NCBI GenBank assembly: GCA_018816335.1
Contig: JAHIVP010000013.1
Coordinates: 19,226 to 83,225 of the forward strand
DNA length: 64,000 nucleotides
Origin: Nanobdellota archaeon
GTDB lineage: Archaea; Nanobdellota; Nanobdellia; Pacearchaeales; GW2011-AR1
Direction of reading: 5' to 3'
A model generated the notes under the pieces. It was given only the letters and a program-made list of their open reading frames with translations, was not told the origin of the DNA and ran no database searches. The position numbers and the translations under genes are program-made. Positions 57,345 through 64,000 of this stretch are shown here, in pieces (the first letter of the stretch is position 1; each line of letters opens with the position of its first letter).

Positions 57345-59168
57345 ATGATAATTGAAATATTAATTACAATTTTAGTATTCTTTATAGCATTAATTTCAGG
57401 AAACAAAATATTTAGGCTATTCAAACTTCAGGTTTCCTTCAACGAAGAACTAATTTATTCATTAGCTCTTGGGTTTGCTTTTCTAAGCTATTTAATATTA
57501 TTTTTTGGATTATTAGGATTAATCTACAAATCAGTTTTCATTATCATATTCTTTACCTTATTTATCATCTCTATCCCTGAACTAAAAAATCTCAAGAGAA
57601 AATTCAAACTTGACATTAATTTTTCTTACTTATGTATCCCAATAATAATATTTTTACTATTAATTTTAATTGGCTCTTTATCACCTCCAACAGGATGGGA
57701 CACTCAAAAATATCATCTTTCAGCTCAAGAAGCTTATGTTAATCAAAACAAAATATCCTATGTTCCAATACTCCATTCAGACCTACCGTCTCTAGCTAAC
57801 ATGTTTATATTATTAGGAGTATTATTAAAAAATGATATCCTTGCTAAATTAATATTTTATTCAGTATTTCTTGTTTTAGTATTTTCCGTTTACATATTTA
57901 CAAAAAAACATTTTTCAGAAAAAATAGCATCTCTTGCTACTATAATATTCCTCACATTCCCAATGATAATTTATTATGCAGGAACAGTTCACACAGATAT
58001 GTTTTTATCTCTTTTTACTTTTTTATCTATTATAACATTTTTTTACTGGGCTCACCCAGAAACCCTCAAACAAGATAATAAATATTTAATTCTTTCAGCT
58101 ATATTTGCAGGTTTAGCATTTTCAACAAAAATAACAGCAATACTCACTTTGTTAGCTTTTGCAATAATTTTCTTAATTCATTTAATTTTCAAACCCAACA
58201 AAATTAAAACTATAAAATTCACACTTATCTTTTTCTTAATTGTAGCTTTAATTGTTTCTCCTTGGTTTATTAAATCATATATCTTTACAGGAAATCCTAT
58301 CTACCCTATTGCTTACAATATTTTTGGAGGACCTCAAAATCTAACTTATGCAACAGAATTTACAAACACTCAGTTAGCAACAGGAGGATATGGCACAAAC
58401 CTATTAACATACATTTTATCTCCATGGCACATAAATTCAAATGGTTATAGATTTCTTAGTTCATTTTCTTTAATCCCTTTACTCTTAGCATTTCTACCTC
58501 TTCTCTTTTTCATCAGAAACAAAAATTCAATAATAAAATTCTTACTAATCTTCTCATTCATTTATTTCACAATCTGGTTTTTTCTTCATCCTTTTCTAAT
58601 GAAGCTCATTCCAATTATTGCTCCTTTATCAATAATCTTAGCATACACAATAATCTCTGTTTTTGAAAGAAAAACAATTTCAAAATTCTTCACAATCTTC
58701 ATAATTTTTACAATCTTATTCTCTTTTTTAATGGCAGGTTTAATTTACAAACCACAAATAAAAGTTGCTCTTGGTTTACAATCAAAACAAAATTATTTAT
58801 CAAATAATGTTGATGTCTATAACACTTTCAATTATGCAAACAACAATCTCAATCCAAATTCAAAAATATTGTTAATCGGTGAAGAGAGAAACTATTATCT
58901 TGACATTCCATTTCAAGATGGAGACCCAACAAGACAAGGATTAATTGATTATAGATCTACAGATCAACTCAACCTTAAAATTTTCATAAACAAAGAACAA
59001 ATAACTCACTTAATTGTAAATAAAAACTTTTTTTCAAACATCTCAGATGATAAAATTGGTTTATATGGGTATACAGAATATTCTTATGATTTAATTACAA
59101 CATATATAGAAGAGAATACCAAAGAAGTTTATGAATCAAATAATATTTTTCTTTATGAATTAAATTAA
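57345..59168 (+). CDS. polytopic membrane protein, putative GT-C glycosyltransferase
   Basis: More than twelve TM helices with an architecture parallel to 50740..52587. No definitive motif. Confidence 0.4.
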   Translation: MIIEILITILVFFIALISGNKIFRLFKLQVSFNEELIYSLALGFAFLSYLILFFGLLGLIYKSVFIIIFFTLFIISIPELKNLKRKFKLDINFSYLCIPIIIFLLLILIGSLSPPTGWDTQKYHLSAQEAYVNQNKISYVPILHSDLPSLANMFILLGVLLKNDILAKLIFYSVFLVLVFSVYIFTKKHFSEKIASLATIIFLTFPMIIYYAGTVHTDMFLSLFTFLSIITFFYWAHPETLKQDNKYLILSAIFAGLAFSTKITAILTLLAFAIIFLIHLIFKPNKIKTIKFTLIFFLIVALIVSPWFIKSYIFTGNPIYPIAYNIFGGPQNLTYATEFTNTQLATGGYGTNLLTYILSPWHINSNGYRFLSSFSLIPLLLAFLPLLFFIRNKNSIIKFLLIFSFIYFTIWFFLHPFLMKLIPIIAPLSIILAYTIISVFERKTISKFFTIFIIFTILFSFLMAGLIYKPQIKVALGLQSKQNYLSNNVDVYNTFNYANNNLNPNSKILLIGEERNYYLDIPFQDGDPTRQGLIDYRSTDQLNLKIFINKEQITHLIVNKNFFSNISDDKIGLYGYTEYSYDLITTYIEENTKEVYESNNIFLYELN

Positions 59169-60146
59169 TCACTCAAACCTTGGAGTTATATACTCACTAG
59201 AATATTCATTACAATTCCTACAAATCAACGGAAATATCTTCTTATTATGCATCTCTCTCCATCTTTTGCTCATCCTACTATTCCAAATTTTTTTCAGGGA
59301 AGTTTTATTTGCATCTCCTAAAACCATCTTTCCCTCATAATCAACACAACACGGAACAACTTTTCCATCCCATAGGACAATTATATTTCCTCTCCACAAT
59401 TCTTTACATCTACTATTTCTCTTTCTAGGTGTAAATGAAATATTCGGCTGTATCTGAATTCTATCAACAACATCTTTCCACTTTTTATAAAACTGAGGAA
59501 CATGCTTTTCTGTCTCAGGCATTATAACCATATTAATATCAATCTTTGTTTTAATCTTCAATTCATTTCTTAGCTCAATTAATCTCATAATTCTCTTTTC
59601 AATTATTTTATAATCAAAACCTCTAATCTTTGTATATGAATCTTCAAAACCATCTAAAGATATTGTTATCCTTTCAATCTTCGCATTCAAGAGTTTCTTC
59701 ATCTTTTTATCATTAGTTAATAAAACAGCATTTGTAGTAAGAAAAGTTCTAATTCCTTTTTTATTAGCATAATCCAACATATCATATATTTTTGGATGTA
59801 ACAACGGCTCTCCCCAATTAAACATCAAAGCAAACTCCATCTTAGGATTCTCATCAACAATCTTCTTAAATAACTCATATTTCATAAAACCCTTCTTCCT
59901 CTTCATCCCATTATTTACAGGACACATTTTACAACTCAGATTACAATTATTTGTAACCTCAAACTGAACACTTGTAACTTTTGGAGAATAAGTTGAATTA
60001 CACATATAAAAAAATTGATTCAGGCCAACATCATAAATACTTTTAAAAGTTGGATATCGTGTTTTAATAAACTCTTTCTGCTCTGGCTTTTTCAAATACT
60101 TATTTGCTGCAAAATCATATATCCATTCTTTAATTTTATTTGACAT
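59169..60146 (-). CDS. radical SAM enzyme with a SPASM/twitch-like C-terminus
   Basis: CNLSCKMCPV box. C-terminus CKELW...PCCVDY...CRNCN. Confidence 0.7.
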   Translation of the reverse strand: MSNKIKEWIYDFAANKYLKKPEQKEFIKTRYPTFKSIYDVGLNQFFYMCNSTYSPKVTSVQFEVTNNCNLSCKMCPVNNGMKRKKGFMKYELFKKIVDENPKMEFALMFNWGEPLLHPKIYDMLDYANKKGIRTFLTTNAVLLTNDKKMKKLLNAKIERITISLDGFEDSYTKIRGFDYKIIEKRIMRLIELRNELKIKTKIDINMVIMPETEKHVPQFYKKWKDVVDRIQIQPNISFTPRKRNSRCKELWRGNIIVLWDGKVVPCCVDYEGKMVLGDANKTSLKKIWNSRMSKRWREMHNKKIFPLICRNCNEYSSEYITPRFE

Positions 60147-61596
60147 TTTTTTTATTTGATTTTAATTCCCTATCCATTGTTATCCCAAAAAATCTTTTTA
60201 TATAATGTTTTGGATTATCACGAATTTTTTCAATTATTTTTTTCAGAAAAAACATTTTCCCTTGCGCAAGTATAGATTTTATTATTATTTTATTCGACAT
60301 TTTTACTAACCATTTCTCAGAATGTTCTGCTGTAAAAAAAGGACAAGGATTATCACTTAACCAATAATCATCATCTATTACTCCTTTTTCAACAGCAAAT
60401 TTATAAACTTCTGTTCCAGGAAAAACCCATAAAGGAGCAGCATAAAAAAATTTCATTTTTCTTATTTTTTGTAATTGCCTTATAAAATCAATGGTTTCAT
60501 TAACTGTCTCTTCTGTTTCTCCAGGAAAACCCACAATTATAAATTTTTCAATTTGTATCTTTTTAAATTCTTTAAATATCTTGAAAGTTTCAATACAATC
60601 TTCTTTTGTTATGCTTTTATGAATAGATTTTAATAGTTTTTTACTGCCAGTTTCTATCCCAAAATAAATTTCACTAAATCCTACTTTTTCCATCCAATAA
60701 ACCATTTCTCTTGAAATAGGTTTTATTCTTCCTTGGCCAAAAAAATTTAATTTAATTCCTCTTTTGATTATTTCTTTACATATATTTATCACTCTTTGGT
60801 TATCTAATGTGAAATTGTCATCTAAAAATTGAATATGAGTTACCCAAGGATATTTTTTTGATATATATTCTATTTCATCTACTACTTTTTTATAATTTCT
60901 AGGTCTCCAACGTCTTCTACTAACAATATTCAAACAACAAAAAGAACATCTGTTTGGGCATCCTCTTGATGTGAGAATTTGAACTTTTTTAATAGCTGGT
61001 TTCATAAAAACATCATAACTTGGATAAGGATATTTATCTATGTCTTGAACTAACTCTCTTTGTTTAGTAAGAATAACTTCATTCTTTTTATCTCTATAAG
61101 CAATTCCTTTTATCTCTTTAAGGGATTTTTTATTTATCAACGCATCAAGAAGTTCGATTATACTTTCTTCAGATTCTCCAATACAAATTGCATCAATTGG
61201 AAAATTCTCTAATAACTGTTTATACATCACACTTGAATGTATTCCTCCAAGAAGAATTTTAATATTTTTATCTAAACTTTTTATAAGTTTTATTGCCTTA
61301 TAAGTTGAAATTCTTGTCATAGTCATTACTGTAATCCCCACAAAATCAGGCTTAAATCTTTCAATTTCTTTTTTAATTTCTTTTAAACAATTTTCTTCTT
61401 TCCAAGTTGTATAATCTTTTGTAATTACCCCATAATTCTCTTTTTTTAGTATAGCATCTAAATAAAGAAGCCCCATTGGAAATTGTTCTTCATTAGATTC
61501 GTTTGATAAACTCCGTGTTTTATTTTGTTCTTCAACAGAAGTCTCAAATAAAAAAATCTTTGCTTTTTTGTTAGATGTATCTATTTTCATTTTCAT
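60136..61596 (-). CDS. B12-binding-domain radical SAM enzyme
   Basis: TSRGCPNRCSFCC box. Confidence 0.75.
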   Translation of the reverse strand: MKMKIDTSNKKAKIFLFETSVEEQNKTRSLSNESNEEQFPMGLLYLDAILKKENYGVITKDYTTWKEENCLKEIKKEIERFKPDFVGITVMTMTRISTYKAIKLIKSLDKNIKILLGGIHSSVMYKQLLENFPIDAICIGESEESIIELLDALINKKSLKEIKGIAYRDKKNEVILTKQRELVQDIDKYPYPSYDVFMKPAIKKVQILTSRGCPNRCSFCCLNIVSRRRWRPRNYKKVVDEIEYISKKYPWVTHIQFLDDNFTLDNQRVINICKEIIKRGIKLNFFGQGRIKPISREMVYWMEKVGFSEIYFGIETGSKKLLKSIHKSITKEDCIETFKIFKEFKKIQIEKFIIVGFPGETEETVNETIDFIRQLQKIRKMKFFYAAPLWVFPGTEVYKFAVEKGVIDDDYWLSDNPCPFFTAEHSEKWLVKMSNKIIIKSILAQGKMFFLKKIIEKIRDNPKHYIKRFFGITMDRELKSNKKNVK

Positions 61597-61626
61597 AATG
61601 TTAAATAAATTAAGGCTTTATAAGTT

Positions 61627-63198
61627 TTATTTCACTCTACTTTTTAATTTTCTACCTAAAGATCTGATGATTTCTAAATCTCTTTTGTCAAATCCTTTGA
61701 ATATAAATATCAAAATGATATACAATAAAATAAAAAAGATAAATAGACTTATTATTGAAAGAATATTTACAATGATAAATTGTTTAAAATATAAAACAAG
61801 AGCTATTGGAATTAAAGAACATAATAAAATTGTTATCATCTTTCTTTTTAGAGGAACTATTGAAAGATAATACATTACTTGAAATAATAAAAGTAAATTA
61901 AAAACTATTATTGATATTGATGTTGCTATTGCAGCCCCAGTGATACCTAAACTATTATCTAAAAAAAAGATTGTTGGTAGAGGGATAAGAATAATATTTA
62001 ATATAATATTTAATATTGCCGCAAATACTATATCAAACAAAATTAATTTTGATTTTCCAATCATGAGTATTAAAGCATTCGCTACACTAAATACAGAAGT
62101 AAAAATAAATCCTATTGCAAGTATTCTAAGCGCTGGAGCAGCAACAAGGTACATATCCCCAAAAAGAAAATTAATAGCTACCTCAGGAAAAATAAAAATT
62201 AATATAAATATAGGTAAATTAATTGTAAATATCCATTTTACAACTTGTTTACTTAAATCTCTCACCATTTTAATATCTTTCTCACCATATTTTCTATTAA
62301 TTATTGGTGAAAAAAGTTGAAGAAACAAAGCATGAACAATTGTTAATAACGAAGCAATTGGAACTGCAGCATTATAAAATCCTACCTCTCTTGCTGTTTT
62401 AAAATATGCTATTAAAAAAGAATCTACTCCATAAAAAACAAATGCAAGTATCCCAAAAAATAATAATGGTAAAGAGTAATCTAATAATTTTTTATTTAAA
62501 CTCTTTTTCTCTTCTTTTGGCAATTTTGATTTTCCTAAAATTTCAGGAAGTTTATATTTACAAAAAAGATATGACAACAAAAAAGTCGTAAAAATACCTA
62601 AAAAATAAGCTAAAGCAATTCCTTTAATTTGTAAACCTAATGAGATAAAAAGAATCAAAAACAAGAGTTTTACTGTATTCTCAGCAAAATTTAGAATACC
62701 TATATACTCTTTTATTTTTTCATGAGCTTTTATAGTTGCCAAAAATGTATTCCCAAAAATTGATAAAGGAAGAACAAAACTAAAAACTCTTAAAAACAAA
62801 ACTAATTTTGGTTCATGAAAAATATTTATTGAAATGAACTCTGAGAATGAAAACAAAAATACAGCAAAGAAAATACTTGAAAATAAAAATAATGTTGTTG
62901 TAAATTTAAATACCTGTTTTATTTTTTCTTTGTTTTTTTCTCCTCTGTAAATTGGTATAAATCTTAAAATACCTTCAATTAAACCTAGAGTAGAAAAGGC
63001 AATAAACCATTGGAGAATCATTATTCCTAATAAAAAAACCCCATAAATTTCAGGCCCATAATATCTTGCTATTATAATCCTAAACGCATAAGTAACTACT
63101 TTTGAGAAAATCAATCCAAAAAGAACAATCATAGAAGTTTTTGCTAAAAGCCTTAGGATAATATTAAACTCTTTTTCTTCTTTTATTTTTTCATTCAT
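61627..63198 (-). CDS. Wzx-like flippase (MOP superfamily)
   Basis: Fourteen TM helices. Confidence 0.6.
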   Translation of the reverse strand: MNEKIKEEKEFNIILRLLAKTSMIVLFGLIFSKVVTYAFRIIIARYYGPEIYGVFLLGIMILQWFIAFSTLGLIEGILRFIPIYRGEKNKEKIKQVFKFTTTLFLFSSIFFAVFLFSFSEFISINIFHEPKLVLFLRVFSFVLPLSIFGNTFLATIKAHEKIKEYIGILNFAENTVKLLFLILFISLGLQIKGIALAYFLGIFTTFLLSYLFCKYKLPEILGKSKLPKEEKKSLNKKLLDYSLPLLFFGILAFVFYGVDSFLIAYFKTAREVGFYNAAVPIASLLTIVHALFLQLFSPIINRKYGEKDIKMVRDLSKQVVKWIFTINLPIFILIFIFPEVAINFLFGDMYLVAAPALRILAIGFIFTSVFSVANALILMIGKSKLILFDIVFAAILNIILNIILIPLPTIFFLDNSLGITGAAIATSISIIVFNLLLLFQVMYYLSIVPLKRKMITILLCSLIPIALVLYFKQFIIVNILSIISLFIFFILLYIILIFIFKGFDKRDLEIIRSLGRKLKSRVK

Positions 63199-64000
63199 CT
63201 ATTTGGATACAAACAAAGAGTACCAAACTCTCTTAGCTATAAATTTAATTTGCTCAAATGAATTTATATCTTTCAACATCCCCCACAAAATCTTTGGCCT
63301 CAAATAAAAACCCAAAAAAGCTTTTCTCTGAAGTTTCTTCATTTCTTTCGCAGTCAATCCCTCAGGAACATACCCAACTTTATAAAAAATAAAATTATCA
63401 TAATCAAGCTCTTCTAATTTTCCTTCCTCAATCAACTTATTTGTTATCTCTGTATTTGGATATGTTTTAAACATACTAAACTGCGCTTTTTTCAAAGGAA
63501 TTTTCTTAGAAAATTTGATTGTTTTCAATATATCTTCTCTTGTCTCAGTTGGATATCCAATAATAAAAAATCCATTTGCATTCAAACCACACTCTTTAAT
63601 TAACTTAGTCTTCTCTTCAATAATCTTTGTTGTCAAACTTTTCTTCATATCTTTCAAAATCTTATCACTTCCAGATTCAATCCCAACATTAAAATCTTGT
63701 AAACCTGCTTTTTTCATCTTCAACAAAATTTCTTTATCTAATGTATCTAATCTTATACCATTCGGAAACGTAAACTTAATATTCATTTTTTGTTTAATCA
63801 ATTCATCACAAAACTCATGAACCCTTGCTTTATTTGTAGTAAAAGCATCATCAATTATGTGAATTTCATCTACTCCAAACTCATCTTTTAACAATTTCAT
63901 CTCATCAATTACATGTTTAACACTTCTATATCTAATTCTTCTTCCACTCATAATATGAACAGTACAATATGTACACTGAAACGGACAACCTCTTGAAGTT
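63199..64000 (-). CDS. B12-binding-domain radical SAM enzyme, N-terminal part beyond the window end
   Basis: The ORF-track start at 63951 is internal. The frame continues upstream to the window edge, encoding TSRGCPFQCTYCTVHIM(SGRR...). Confidence 0.7.
   Translation of the reverse strand, partial: TSRGCPFQCTYCTVHIMSGRRIRYRSVKHVIDEMKLLKDEFGVDEIHIIDDAFTTNKARVHEFCDELIKQKMNIKFTFPNGIRLDTLDKEILLKMKKAGLQDFNVGIESGSDKILKDMKKSLTTKIIEEKTKLIKECGLNANGFFIIGYPTETREDILKTIKFSKKIPLKKAQFSMFKTYPNTEITNKLIEEGKLEELDYDNFIFYKVGYVPEGLTAKEMKKLQRKAFLGFYLRPKILWGMLKDINSFEQIKFIAKRVWYSLFVSK

Overview
This window is AT-rich archaeal chromosome (about 30% GC by eye), with a gene set that looks like a small-genome, DPANN-type archaeon. 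It has three parts.

**1..13.8 kb:** a more variable region containing:
- a truncated Lhr-like helicase;
- two paralogous coiled-coil/HTH proteins embedded in dense short DNA repeats;
- several orphan proteins, one with a YidD-like domain;
- a DEAD-box helicase with an FGDKPRF-repeat tail;
- an M29 aminopeptidase, a CARDB surface protein and a XerA-type tyrosine recombinase.

**13.8..40 kb:** core information-processing genes.
- S9-L13-L18e, a class II tRNA, then RpoD-S11-S4-S13, DUF655, RpoF and L21e on the minus strand.
- A MacB-type ABC transporter operon that carries a stand-alone FHA-domain gene.
- RpoN, RNase P Rpp21 and an isolated 5S rRNA.
- The archaeal S10/spc ribosomal super-operon (L3 through L15, then SecY) on the plus strand, followed by DUF106, prefoldin alpha, an eIF-2B-like gene and a SpoIIM-like gene.

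**41..64 kb:** an AglB (STT3, WWDYGYW motif) glycosylation locus containing GT-C, GT2, GT4 and GPT enzymes, two Wzx-like flippases, a methyltransferase and six radical SAM enzymes.

The most unusual signals are:
- a 117-nt element present in three near-identical copies inside the ribosomal super-operon. Each copy encodes a 38-codon basic micro-ORF whose ATG overlaps the upstream TGA (ATGA) and whose TAA abuts the downstream ATG; each also carries two perfect hairpins and a GGAGG Shine-Dalgarno sequence.
- the radical-SAM-rich N-glycosylation cluster: four paralogous B12-binding radical SAMs and two SPASM-type radical SAMs.
- a tRNA flanked by two tandem GC-rich 60-nt repeats and by partial copies of its own ends.
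- a repeat-dense island around two paralogous HTH genes (TTCGACA, AACAGCTGTT and CACTTTTCC motifs), plus a 13-mer AAGTTCGTTTAAA recurring in the first 13 kb.
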